Shown piece after piece: positions 48,201 through 60,545 of a DNA stretch of 64,000 bases (position 1 is its first letter; every line of letters starts with the position of its first letter). The DNA comes from Paraspadella gotoi (taxonomy: Eukaryota > Animalia > Chaetognatha), in NCBI GenBank assembly GCA_051294375.1, contig CM119271.1, positions 6,883,632 to 6,947,631 on the forward strand, written 5' to 3'. Made by a program: the position numbers and the translations under genes. The notes beneath the pieces were generated by a model. It worked only from the letters and a program-made list of their open reading frames with translations, searched no databases and was not told the origin of the DNA.

Positions 48201-48680
48201 TGACATACTTTATACACTAATTAATTTTCAGTCACCAAGAAAATATAGGACAGGTGATCACTGATCAATAATTACAAGTCTCTCACTGACTTGATACAAA
48301 ATTGGTACATTAAACTGAATAGAAATTATAAATAGTAGCATCAATCGTATTTTGAGAGTTCTATAATATAGGGAGTGCATATCTGGGAATGAATAAACGA
48401 GACTGTCAGAGAGTCTTGATTGAAAGCTTGCAGGGACCTGCTATGTCATTATCTTGCAAGAGTGATGGAGGCCTTAAACCACCAAAGTCTGGGGCAAGAG
48501 ATTGCTTATTTATTAAATGAATGGATAATTTTTATATTGGTTGTACCAATTTCATACTCTATATGTTCTATTTTTGTTTCTTTTTTTTTAGCAATTGACA
48601 CAGACAACATTCGGCGTGTGTTCACAGATGTAAAGGATACAATTCTGCATAGAAACATTCAAACCCTAATGTTACAATAA
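45264..48680 (+). CDS. Heterotrimeric G protein alpha subunit, G12/13 class, multi-exon
   Basis: [84 protein letters not shown]|[29 protein letters not shown]. The C-terminal LMLQ is G12/13-type. Confidence 0.93.
46105..46527. mobile_element. Foldback/MITE-like insertion with ~130-bp inverted arms, flanked by a 14-bp direct repeat
   Basis: Arms at about 46117..46248 and 46343..46474 are reverse complements. gtaatcttatgata occurs at 46105..46118 and 46514..46527. Confidence 0.75.
47810..47981 (+). mobile_element. tRNA-derived SINE-like repeat, copy 3 (in a G-alpha intron)
   Basis: Shares tatggtgga.taaaa.ccacc...catcagcggccattgg...acagcctgatccgaag.tcagggactgcttatattgaac with 40338..40566. Confidence 0.7.
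48383..48556 (+). repeat. Dispersed repeat family X, copy in the last G-alpha intron
   Basis: Near-identical to 27412..27596. Confidence 0.8.
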
Positions 48681-49923
48681 ATCCTGGGATCGAGCTTGCG
48701 GATATGAAGTTCGTAAAATTATCCCACATATTTGTCAGTTTCCCATTAAACGTGACTTTAATTTGACAAAAACGCGTCTGTAGATATTTCTCATCTTGAT
48801 GCTGTGGCCTTCAAATTTTACTCGTCAACATTGTGAAAGATGCATAATGTGATTGATTTTTTTTTAACTAGTCTGAGGAAAAGTAGAATGGAGTTAAAGA
48901 TGCTGATTTAATTTTTTATTAATTTCAGTAATCTTAGCTCATCTCATTAGTTATTCGGTAATAAATTTTTATTGGGATTGAGAATTAAGCAGTTGATTAT
49001 TAATACGTATTACCCTAGGATGTTTAAAATAGTCTAAACTATTTCTATACATATTTTTAAAAAAATTATTTTTGATTGTTAGACGTTGAGAAATATTATA
49101 CAAAACAATTTTAAGTAATTTTGTGCTTGTGGCCTTCCCAATAGACTATCTTAATTACACTTTGTGGTTTTTTCAAACTTGCAATACAAATTATCCTCAA
49201 TTCTGACGGACTATGATATAAATTTGACTAAAAACTGCATTTTTGTTATTGACTTTTTAAGAATAGTATCTTTTTTATTGTTAATGTTAGCCGTTTTTAC
49301 CAGATTATGTATTAGTACCGAGTTGACTACTACTTTTCAAAAGTACTAATCGATTGTTATATTATTATATTTGCTTTTTTTTTTTTAGATTATTTTACTT
49401 TGCTTTCGAATGAAGGCTTGAATTGCTTTAATAAGGAATGTAACGCGGACCATTAAACCAAATTTGCTTTTGTTGGAAATAGTGCATGCAAAACCCTCTT
49501 GCAAAAGCATTTTGAGATAGGATTTTAGCTTTATCTTCATCGTTAGGAATTTTAGTTGGATTAAATTTATTCGATTTTATGGGCGTTATTACCTATTTGC
49601 TGAACGTTCGGAGCATAAGCATAGTTTGGTCCTGCGTGTTACTTTATTACCCCTGAAGTTCAGTTTAAAAATAATTTAGATTTAAATTCCCAATTTATAT
49701 TTGAGTGAAACTATTTTATTTTATAGTTAATTTTATGTAAATATGTATTCGTGTTATTACCCTAATGCAAATTGGATGAATTAGTTTTTTTTAGCTGCTA
49801 TATATATATGGTTAACTGTATAGTAAATTTTTAAATGGTTTGTATTTCTAAATTTCATTGATCGCAAAATTTAAGTAGTTAAATATTCTGTTCTTTAGCT
49901 ATGCAAATTGATGAATAGATTTC

Positions 49924-50529
49924 TAACATCTGGCCCATAATTATTGAGACGGCTTCCGGGGCCTGTAGACGGCGTCCAGGACGCCGTAGAAAGCTCTTTT
50001 TTTTAAATAAAGCCTAGGATGTTTGTCTACCAAACTGAATTTTTTTTTTATCGGCCCGCGCGTTTTCAAGATGCAGTCAATTTCCTCTGAAGCGCGCCGT
50101 CAAGTCATTGCCAATTTTACCAAAATCATGAACAAGAAGGAACAGCATTTACTTTACAGTATTTTTTGAAGCTAAATGTTAGCCATCCATCTATATATCG
50201 CGTAATACAAAGGTAAAGTCTGGAGATACTCTCAAACACAAAAAAGGCGCAGGGCGGCCAAGAAAATCCTGGCAAGACAGTTGCGACCATCGTGAAAGGA
50301 ATGGAAAATAAAGTTGGGTTTTTTACGAGAAAGCTGGCGTCTCGATTTAAAGGTCCCTACGCCACATTTCACTAGAAAATCGTGACTTTTTTTGGTTCAA
50401 CTTGTTCGTCTGTATTTAGTTAACGTTATTAGTATTAAAAAATTATATTTTGTATTTATATTTACAATAAAATGTTATAAACTGTAACACATTCAATCTT
50501 TTGTCTCAATAATTATGGGCCAGATGTTA
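49924..50529. mobile_element. Non-autonomous Tc1/mariner element
   Basis: Perfect 27-bp inverted termini taacatctggcccataattattgagac / gtctcaataattatgggccagatgtta. Internal remnant KKGAGRPRK resembles the Tc1 GRPR linker. Confidence 0.85.
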
Positions 50530-52286
50530 AAACACTAAAAACTAAAATCCCTTAAGAGGGATAAGATAAAATTGGATAAAGGATGAAATTACCATAGTTG
50601 TTAAAAAATGTTAACTGTTCATTAGCTGTAAGCAATGATGAAAATTTGTCAATTACCCCCTGGTCTTGCACCCTTTTTTCAAATATTTTTAAAAGTTTAT
50701 TTACTGACGAAAAAAAAACCTCTTCTGGGTTTCTCGTGATCCAAAAAAAGTGTTGACATCTTTAACTGGATGTCGCTGTCGCTCAGAAAAATACTAGTTA
50801 ACCCTTGAAAAACGGGCGCTCTGTAACCGAGGTCTGCCACATTAATATGTATAATGTATATTCTTTAGATTTGGGAAGTCAGCGATTATTAAAATGTTTA
50901 AAATATTTGTTTTAAATTAAAAAAAAAGAGAAAGAGGCTAGAATTATAATAATAATTATAATAATTATAATAAATTTTCGTTGTCTGAAAACAAATTAAA
51001 ATTTGGCATTCCTGGAGATTAATACGTCATAGAGGTCTATGGGAAAACGAAAAACAATTTTTTTCTTAATAAATTAAGGGAAAAAGAAAAGGAAAAAAAC
51101 GGACCGGAATTCGGATTCTACCGGAGTCACGGATCCGATCTTATTTTTGGTTCCGCTTCCATCAGCGATGTTATTATATTAATATTTAAGTAATTTAATT
51201 AATAATTATTTTATAAGTAAAAAAGTTAAGGTTATAATAAATTGTGGTTAAGAATAAATTAAGATTAAATGTAAGTTCAGGTTAGGGGTAAGTAAAGGTT
51301 AAGGGTAAGTAAGAGTAAAAGGTAAATTAGGGTAAAGGGTAAATTAAGCTTAAGGGTAAATTAAGCTTAGGGATAAGTTAAGGTTTGGGATAAGTTAGGG
51401 TTTGGAAGGGTAAGGAAAGGGTTAAAGGTAAATTAATGATAAAGATAAATCCTAGTTTAAATATATGATAATTTAAATTATTTAAAACCAAAAATTTATT
51501 AGTATATACTTATAAACTTTTTCAAAAATATAAAAAAAGATAGGTTTTGGCTTTAATTTAAATCTTTATCAACGTGGAAAAATGATTTTTCTAAAATATT
51601 TATTATTAGTAAATTCTAATAAAATAAATATTAAATAATAAATAATTTTAATGCACAAAAAAATTAATAATATTTTAAAAAATAATGATAAATTTATAAT
51701 AAAATATATAATTTTGTTTTAATAATAAAAAAAATAATTTAATCCTATAAATTCAGCGTATTTAAGCTCGTTGTTGTCACGTCTTAATTTTTTTTTTCTA
51801 AAAAAACAAATTTTGTTTTTTCATCTTTTTACTATTCATTTTCTCATAAGCCTCCAGAACGTATTAAAATCTAGGATCGCCGGAAATTTAGATGATAAGT
51901 TCATCAGTTGGAAACCTCGGATATTAAAATATTTACAAAATTTTTTCCATCTTTTTTTTTCCATTTTTTCCATCTTTTCAGAAAGTTCTGCCAGCGCTCA
52001 CAAGAGGGATTCTATTCATTTATTGGACAAACTCGAAGGTTTGCTTCTCGGGTTGGAGTCAAGCGCCAATGAGGATGAGACAAACACCAGACTCGCTTGT
52101 ATTTCAGCCAATCAAAAATGTAAATTTTACTGCGTTTTACGTTGCAACAAAATCGTCGAGGATTGGTCTGAGAATGCACCATTCAGAAATATCTTCCAAG
52201 ATGGAGGTATTGGTTTTTAAGTATTGCCATGGTGTTCTGCTCTAGCATGGATCTTTCTTGTGACATTCTATGATACAGTATGACGT

Positions 52287-53246
52287 ATGGGTGATGCCAT
52301 ACGCAATAACAAAATGTCTCAATCATTAGTGAACAAACTGCTCAAACAAGCTTTAGCCACATTTTCTAATGCTCATAAAGGAGTAAACGCCTTAAAAGCT
52401 GATCCTAAGTTTGCTGAAAACTTATTGGAATTGATGAAATTGACAAATTCAATCAGAAAAGAGGATTTAAACTTTGACTTAAGCTTGGTGAGTCGGCTAT
52501 TAAACCATAACTCTATTGTTTATTTAACTGTTCCCATTCGTTTTCCTTTTTAGGTCAATCAGACTGGGCGTGCCCCCGTAACTTATATTCACATTTTTGA
52601 AAATAAAGCAGCATCTCTTGGAATTTTCATTCTTAAAAATTCATTTACACTGCCTTTACATGATCATCCATCTATGTTTGGTTTTATAAAAGTTATTCAT
52701 GGAAAGATTAGAGGTAAATAGAAAATTGATAATCGATGTGGATTTTGGTATCCGAGTTGTCAACGATTATATTTGTTTTCAGTGAAGGCCTATTCCGAAA
52801 TTCCTCAGGACAGCGTACAACCGGAGGTTGAAAATTCAGAGACAAATAAAAGAATCGTCCCTGTACGCTTATTAAACGAGTTTGAAGCGACAGAGGCATG
52901 TATTCCTGCTCTTTTGAATTCTATTTAACTTATTATCCAACTAGTTAAATAATTACTACTCTGGATCTGGAATCAGGACTCACAAGTGGCGTCATTGGAC
53001 CCGATCGAAGGGAACTTTCATAGCATCTCCTCCGTGGATGGTCCCGCCGCCTTCGTGGATTTACTTGCCCCTCCTTATGATTATGACCAAAAAACCCGAA
53101 TTTGCCGTTACTACAAGGAAGTTTTTAAATCGCCGGATGATTCTGGAACTAACAATGATAATGTCGGTTTTTTAACAGAGATTGATGAACCAGATGACTA
53201 CTATTGTGATGAAGCGAAATATCGAGGTCCAGATTTGATACCGTAA
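52287..53246 (+). CDS. ADO: 2-aminoethanethiol (cysteamine) dioxygenase, 4 exons
   Basis: APVTYIHIFEN...SLGIFIL....LPLHDHPSMFGFIKVIHG, NFHSI...GPAAFVDLLAPPYD...CRYY, C..AKYRGP. Start could be 52287 or 52314. Confidence 0.92.
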
Positions 53247-53966
53247 GAGTTTTCTCACTTCACCAGTGTTGTTATTTAGAGATTTTGTAATTTTTTTTAA
53301 CGAATTTATGATCGTTTTTAGATAGGTTGCAAATCACATAGTTGTCTTTTTATGTTGACCCAAAAATATTTAAAAATACGGGAAGTAAAACCCTATTGAG
53401 AATTATTTAGGTTATCTGGGAAAGATTAAAAGTTATTGAGGATGAAATCCCTACGGTTTCAGCAAGATTCCATGGCTTTAAAAATTATCGTATAGAAAAC
53501 AATTTTTTTTCTTCATCACAAATTTTGAATGCCTAACGTATGAATCATGTAGATTATTTTTCAAATCTTTAGTCACTAAAATACATCTCATTTATTAATA
53601 AATGATATGAAAAAAGTTTATCCATTTTTTTACAGAAAAAGAGCCACATTATTTCTTAATTTATTTTTTTATTTAATTTAACGTAGGTTAACATAATTTG
53701 ATAAACGTGCATGATTTGTTTGCTGTTAATGGCTTAGCCAATTCTGGAACGTTTAAGCTATTCATAGTTATTGTTTTGAACTCGTGGTACATATTTTATT
53801 TGTATGTATTTAATCATTCGCTTCGTCGCTATTTTCTGCCCCTTGGTTAGGGTTCTATTCTGAACCAACTGTTACACAATCAATGACAGAATTTGTATTA
53901 AATCCATAGCATTTAAAATATCGCGAAACCTCGTTTAAGTCTGGCTCTTTTGATGAAGCGAGTGCA

Positions 53967-56900
53967 ATGCGCGTGCTCAAGCCGGAGTGGGTGGGCAACG
54001 ATGAAAGGCCTATATTCTCCGTTGACATTCATCCCGATGGCTCGCGATTCGCCACTGGAGGCCAGGGCGATAATTGCGGAAAGGTGCATTTCTTTTTTCA
54101 CAATCTTGTAACATCCGTATTGTGTTAGAGCTACAAGGAGCGATGGTTTCATTACAGGTGGTCATCTGGAATATGGCGCCTATCCGCGAAGATAATGAAG
54201 AGAAAAACGATACAGTACCGAAATTACTGTGCCAAATGGAAGCTCATCAGAGTTGCGTGAATTGCGTCAAATGGTCTAACGATGGCAAATACCTGGCTTC
54301 AGGCAGCGACGACAAACACATCATGATCTGGCAAACGTCCCGTTACGGAGTTCCCTCCACCGTCTTCGGCTCCAGCGGTAAGACTGTCAACGTCGAGCAG
54401 TGGCGATGCGCCGCCACTCTGCGTGCCCACGATGGCGATATTCTCGACCTGGCCTGGTCGCCCAACGATGCCTGGCTAGCCTCTTGCAGTGTCGACAATC
54501 GTATCGTCATCTGGAACGCCCACAAGTTTCCCGAAGTGTTGTCCGTCATCAAGGGTCACTCCTCCCTCGTAAAGGGCGTGTGTTGGGATCCCGTCGGCAA
54601 GTACCTGGCATCCCAGTCTGACGACAAGACCCTCCGGATATGGCGGACGCATGACTGGAGCCAAGAGGCTTGCGTATCCGAGCCCTTTAAAACCACGTCT
54701 GGCACAACTCACATCCTTCGATTGCACTGGTCTCCGGACGGGCAGTACTTGGTCTCCGCTCATGCCATGAACAATTCGGGACCCTCGGCGCAAATTATCG
54801 AACGGGATGGTTGGAGGACTAATCGTGACTTTGTCGGGCACCGCAAGGCAATTACAGTCGCCAGGTATGACTTTTGATATTTGCCTTTTTATTTTCTCGT
54901 GTAGGATTAGGGATATTTGGGGTTAAAAGGGTTTTGGGTTAGGGTAATTAAATAAAAAAATTAAAAAATAAATTAATTTTTTAATAATTAAAAAAAAAAT
55001 AACTATTTTTAAGTGATTTTTTAAAAACGCTAAAACCCCGGTTAGCGAAAGTAAAATTTTATCCATTTTTGTTTGATTTTGATTGATATTAATTGATACG
55101 TAAACATGCTTAAATCGGGTTAATTTTACTTTCGCCGACCGGAGTTAGGGAGGGTTCAAGGGTGTTTAGGGTTAATAGTGTTTAGGGTTAAGATTATTAG
55201 GTAATAATTTTTTTTATTTTTTTTAAAATAAGTATTTTTAAGTAGTTTTTCAAAAGACGCCAAAACCCCGGTAGGCGAAAGTAAAATTTAGCCCTTAAAT
55301 CGACGTTTGTTTTTCGGGAGTTATGATATAGATTTTAGGGTTAAATTTTACTTTCGCCTTCCACGGTTTTGGCGGCTTTTGAAAAACTACTTAAAATATT
55401 TATTTTTTTTAAAAAAATGTTTTTAAATATTACTTAATTACCCTAAACCTAACCAACACTAACCCTAAACCACCTTTAACCCTAACCGCTCGTTAACCCC
55501 AGTCGGCGAAAGTAAAAGTAACCCGATTTTAGAATCATATCAATCCCAGAAATAAACTAAAGCAGGAAGCCCGAAAAAATTAAATAATTAAAAATTTAAA
55601 AGAATAAAACTATTGGATAAAAATCTGCATTTATATTTCCCAACGTAAATTTTTAAGAACACAATTTTCCAGATTCAACCCTTTTATCTTGACGAAAGCG
55701 ATGACGAAATCAAGCGGAAAGGAGAAAGCGGAAAAGGTGACTTGTTGCGCGATTGGAAGTCGCGATCGATCGCTTTCCGTGTGGCTCACTTGCCTCAAAA
55801 GACCGCTCATCGTTCTTCACGACCTCTTCACGAATTCCGTACTCGACGTTTCCTGGGGAAGGTAATACGTCATTTCATTACTGAACAAATAGAATTGTAG
55901 TCAAATTAAAAGTTTTTTTTTTACCTCTACGGCTTTATTTTTATTCGAGCAGATGCGGAACTGAGTTAATGGCGTGTTCGTGGGACGGAACCATTGCCTA
56001 CCTCAAATTCGATGCCGACGAGATCGGCGTTCCATTTAGCGCATCGGAGATGGCACATTTTTACCACAACGTCTACGGGAAAAGCCTGACTCCAAACAAT
56101 ATGAACGGCTTTCACAACGGAAACGCAAACGGGAACGACCCCAACGCCGTTGTTGAAGATCCCGAGATCCTTCGACTTCAACGTCAGCAAGAGTTACGAC
56201 TAAAGGAAGTCGCTGCTGCTGCTGTTGTCGCCTCTGAAAATCAGCACAGGTACAAACTAGAGACTAAATAAACGTGTTTTTATTAGTACTATTTTTTTTT
56301 AAGTCCCCTTTGCTTATTATTCTCGGAAAAAGCCGTGTTAAGTAGGATAATGAACTAATGTACGTTTTTTATATCCCGACATCATAACTGTATTTAGACT
56401 AAATTTAGACTAAATTTTAGTGGTTTAAATTTATTTTTATCAGCAACGGATTGCCCTCCGCGCCTAAGGGTCCTATTAACAAGCAGATTGAGACCCGAAC
56501 AAAGGAGGGCCGACGACGAATTACGCCGCTATTTCTCGCTCCGCAGCCGGACTTGGCCGACACGCCACTTCCCTTCAACTCTGCCAATATCACCTCGACT
56601 TCAATCAAGGTATCAATTATTTTTAATCTTTTAATCCGAGCTAAAAACTTTTTATCCAAATTTTTGTAATTATGATTATTATATATTAATGTATAATTGA
56701 TTATGTATAATAGGGTCAAAGCAAAATTGTTGTGGAACGGAAGGAAGACGGAAGCGGAAAAAGCAACGGCGACGCTCAATTCGCTGTGAAGACTCCACCA
56801 GGCACACCAACCTCGGGGGACGCCGATGTTAAGTCGGAAAAAGCGGAGGAAGCTTCCCCATGCTCTGTCAGTTTGCTCTCGCCTCCCTCGCCGAAACCGA

Positions 56901-58762
56901 TTGATCAAGATCGTGTCGCCGAGGCAGATAAACGTGATGCCGGTGACCCATCCGCAGCTCATTCCACTGCCGCAAAAAATTCCTCTGTGTCTTCTTCCTC
57001 GACTGTGATTCCCGCGGCGACGACGACCGACTCCACGCCCATCGCCGCCGCCGCCGTTCTCAGTAACTCGGTTCCCTCCTCAAAAAGTGTTCCTGTTGCC
57101 GGATATCGAACCGACGACGGAGCGCTGAACTCTACGCACAATCTTGAAATTCCAGTGGCAAAAGCAGCGTCGTTGAAACGAAAAAACGAAATTAGCACGT
57201 CCATCGCCCTCCCTGCGGCATCGGCCCCATCGACGGGTGCTCCAGAGAAAAAAAAGGCGAAAAAAGACGTAATGAGTCGCTTCAATCATTCGACCTCTGG
57301 CACAACTACTGAAGGCTTCGCTCCCCCATCTATCACTCCTGCGGCTCCTTCTCCCACATTACCGACTATATCCACCTCGGTTCCTAAACCCCTTGTCTCT
57401 CTCCCTCCGGTACCCCCTACCATTTCGAGGCCGCCCCCAACCCCCGTCTCCGCCGCGTCTCTATATGATCCTGCCCAGCCTCAAGCACCCCCCATCGCTC
57501 TACGAGCCACGCGGCATCCCGAGACAGCCGCTTTGCATCTTCCTCCTCCCGAAACACCGAAGGCGGCCGCGCTCGTTGTATCTGTGCCGCGTATCATCAT
57601 TCCGAATGCATTGTCGTCATCGTCGACTTCCTTTCTTTCAGTTGCCGTGGAAAACCATGTTCCTCTCGGCAGAAGTCACGTGCTTCACCGCCTACGCGTT
57701 CAGGTCGTCGAAGAAAATCCTGAAAAACCTCAATCATCTCTGTCCTCTTCCGCGGCGGCGCCCCTCGCAGTTTGGGAGCAATTTTTTGATCGACCAATAC
57801 TCCTAACCAACGCTTCCAGCGAATTCGTTTGCGTTGCCTGCGATGACTCCTCTCTTCACCTATTTTCCTCGGCCACCGGCACCCGTTTATTCCCCGCCAT
57901 CGTAATCGGTTCGAAGGCGTCCGTCCTTCGGGCGGCTGGCCCCTTCGTCATGGTTCTCACTGTGTCCGCGAAACTGTTTCTCTGGTGCACGAGGCCCTTG
58001 ACTTCCGTCATTCGCAACGCCGCCCTCAATCCGATTTTGAAGGGAGGCGAGACGATCTCGCTGGAAGGCTCCGTGCTTACCCACGACGGAGTGCCAATGC
58101 TGACTGTTTCCTCAGGCAAAACGTTTTCCTTTAGCGCGGCGATGGGGTGCTGGATTCAAGTCTCTGGCGGAGTGGAGGACCCGCTGTCGCAGTTGTCGGA
58201 TCATGCCTCCTTCGCCTATCACCCTGCCACTGCCATGCCGTCTAATGCGAACTGTTCAGATTCGCGTCCGTTGGCCCGGGCGCAACGCGCCGCTCGTCAT
58301 CGACCCTCTGGGACAGCGCGCCATATTTTTTCCTCCAACGTTGCCAAGGTCATCGCCGGAACGCCCCAGTCCGTCGCAGCGACCCTCAGTCATCTAGAAA
58401 ATCAGGTGCAGGCGGCGTTAGCGTTGCGATCGAAAGAAGAGTTTCGATTTTGGCTCGGTACCTACGTGCGATTCTTGGCCAAGGAGAGTTTTCACAGTAA
58501 AATCCGTGAAACGTTCGACATGTTACTTGGACCGATGCCTGGAGACTCGGCCGAGGACTCTGGTAGCAATAAAGCTGGGCGACTCAACGATTGGGATCCG
58601 GAAATTCTTGGCATATCTAAGCACAATTTATTGAGTGAATTGTTGCCGACCGTCGGATCTCAACTGTCCATGCAAAGACTCTACGCTGAATACAGGGAAC
58701 ATTTATTTCACTTGACTTCTGGAAAATCGATGCGCGAGACGTTGTTTTCGAAAAGACATTGA
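53967..58762 (+). CDS. HIRA: Histone chaperone HIRA, multi-exon
   Basis: MRVLKPEWV..DERPIFSVDIHPDGSRFATGGQG, WD40 repeats, SAHAMNNSGP, B-domain KQIETRTKEGRRRITP, C-terminal TLSHLENQV..ALALRS.EEFRFWL..Y. Confidence 0.97.
54905..55530. mobile_element. Non-autonomous element(s) with long inverted arms and degenerate TTAGGG/CCCTAA tracts in a HIRA intron
   Basis: About 55113..55293 and 55337..55530 are reverse complements, with repeated ttttactttcgcc / ggcgaaagtaaaa motifs. A related segment lies at about 40190..40315. Confidence 0.6.
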
Positions 58763-59463
58763 AAAGAATTCCTTTTAAAGTTAAACATTCTTCTCAAGTC
58801 TGTTTTCATTTACAGAACTTAAAAAAAGACGATATTGAAACAGGTCTTATGATTTTTGCCTCATTTTATTATGTTTATTAAAAGCCATATGTTTTAAAAA
58901 TCTTATGTGCCATGACAATTATTTTTCTCAAAATATTTTGGAAAGCATAGTTCAGTCATTTTTTTGGGCTTAAGTTTTTTAAATTCTACTCTAATTTTTA
59001 TGAGCACGGAACCTTCTACGAAAAGTTGATATTATTCGGTGAAGATTTCAATGATCCCTTGATTATAAATTGCTGTGGGACGAGAGGGGCTTAAAATAGG
59101 CATTCTTTCTAATTCTTGAAAATGAATGAAGTCTTAATAAAAAAATTTTCGTAGTTAAATATCCGTTATTCAGGGACTTATAGTTCTCAATTTTTTATAC
59201 CGCTATTCTACCATCTGTAAACCTCAAATGATTGACCAATTACATATTAATTTATTTTTAATTTTTTAATTAAAATATATGTGAACTTTGAACTAGATAT
59301 GTCCAGCAATGTGTCCGAAACATGGATAAGCACTATTCTACAGTCCTATTTTGTCTCCCTCTTTGGTCTCCAATCTACATTGTATTCATCAAAGATATTT
59401 GTTTAAAGATATTAATGCCCAATATTCATCTTTTCGTATTTGTTTTATTCTGTTATAGGTATC

Positions 59464-60454
59464 ATGGCGTTTTATTATCCATTAGAAAAAAGCTCATGGC
59501 TGGATTTTACCCTAGTTATTCCTTCAGGTAAATTAATGATTGTGAGCATCATTTAGGACTCGGTAAAATAGGTCTTTATCTGAATTAATTTTTCATTTCA
59601 CAATCTAGTTTCCGTGGGAAACGTAGGGCAGTTGGCGGCAGATCTGATCATTTCGTCTTTGTCAATGAAAAAAGTAGGGATCGTTTTTGACGAAAGCGTG
59701 ACACCTGTCATCGGCAACGATCCATTTCAAAGTTGTCTTTCGGATCGTATTGGCGCGTTGGCTCTAAAGTCAAAAGTTAGTATAAAGTAATACACTTTTT
59801 GTGAAGCATCTTTAAAAATTCGATCGTTTTTTTTTTTTCTTTCCAAAGGAACAAGCGACGACGCCGACTCTCATGACCTCCTGCGAAGTTTATGAATCCG
59901 AACCTCATCGACTTGTCGTGCTCCAACAACGCGCTCCACTAGTCCACGGTTTAACCTCTCGCTTCCTTCGCCTATTGATCGATTTCATCAAAACTCATCG
60001 GTTCTCCAACACGGTCGTTCTTTGCGGCACCCACGCACACGAGCGTCTCGATGCTCAAATTAGTGGGGATCAGGCTCGATTCGTCCGAACGTCGAGTTTC
60101 GACGAATCAACGTTGGGCGGCGTGATCGATCGTCTAGGGTGGACCGAGCTCGAGGCGCGTCCACCACGGCCCGACTTACGCGACAAGGACGTCAACCCTT
60201 ACCTGCCAGGCGGCGGCGTTGCGAAGCGACTTTACCGATTGTTTCAAAAGGAAGGATTGCCTGCCATAGTGCTGATGATATTTTGTGCCGAGGGAGACAA
60301 CATTCCCGAAGCTATCGCTTTGTCTGATCGCGTCGATGCTCTCCTATCGCTTTTTCCGGTCGACAATGAAGGAGACCGAAAATGGCGCATTCCCGCCAGT
60401 TGGTCGGCCTTGTTTGGCAATCGCTCCTCGGATTTGAATCTAGTTTTCGGGTGA
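59464..60454 (+). CDS. PSMG2: Proteasome assembly chaperone 2 (PAC2), 3 exons
   Basis: FTLVIPS|VSVGNVGQLAADLII, PVIGNDP, TSCEVY, LQQRAP, GGG, FCAEGDNIPEA, WRIPASWSALFG. Confidence 0.92.
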
Positions 60455-60545
60455 TTTTTTTTTTGTCAGTTTGTCAGTGTAAGTGCTGGATTTTTTTTTT
60501 CAGTCTTAACAAAATAATGATAAACTTAAGTGACATTTTGAGATT

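Noticed and set aside
51280-51430. Telomere or interstitial telomeric array
   Set aside because: Highly degenerate, short and internal; better explained as part of a repeat element.
51771-52220. 149-aa ORF upstream of ADO
   Set aside because: Non-ATG start in AT-rich sequence and no family motif. The 3' half may be a 5' UTR exon or promoter of ADO.
59464-59527. Suspected frameshift in PSMG2 exon 1
   Set aside because: Careful translation gives an open frame, MAFYYPLEKSSWLDFTLVIPS, spliced in phase to VSVGNVGQL.
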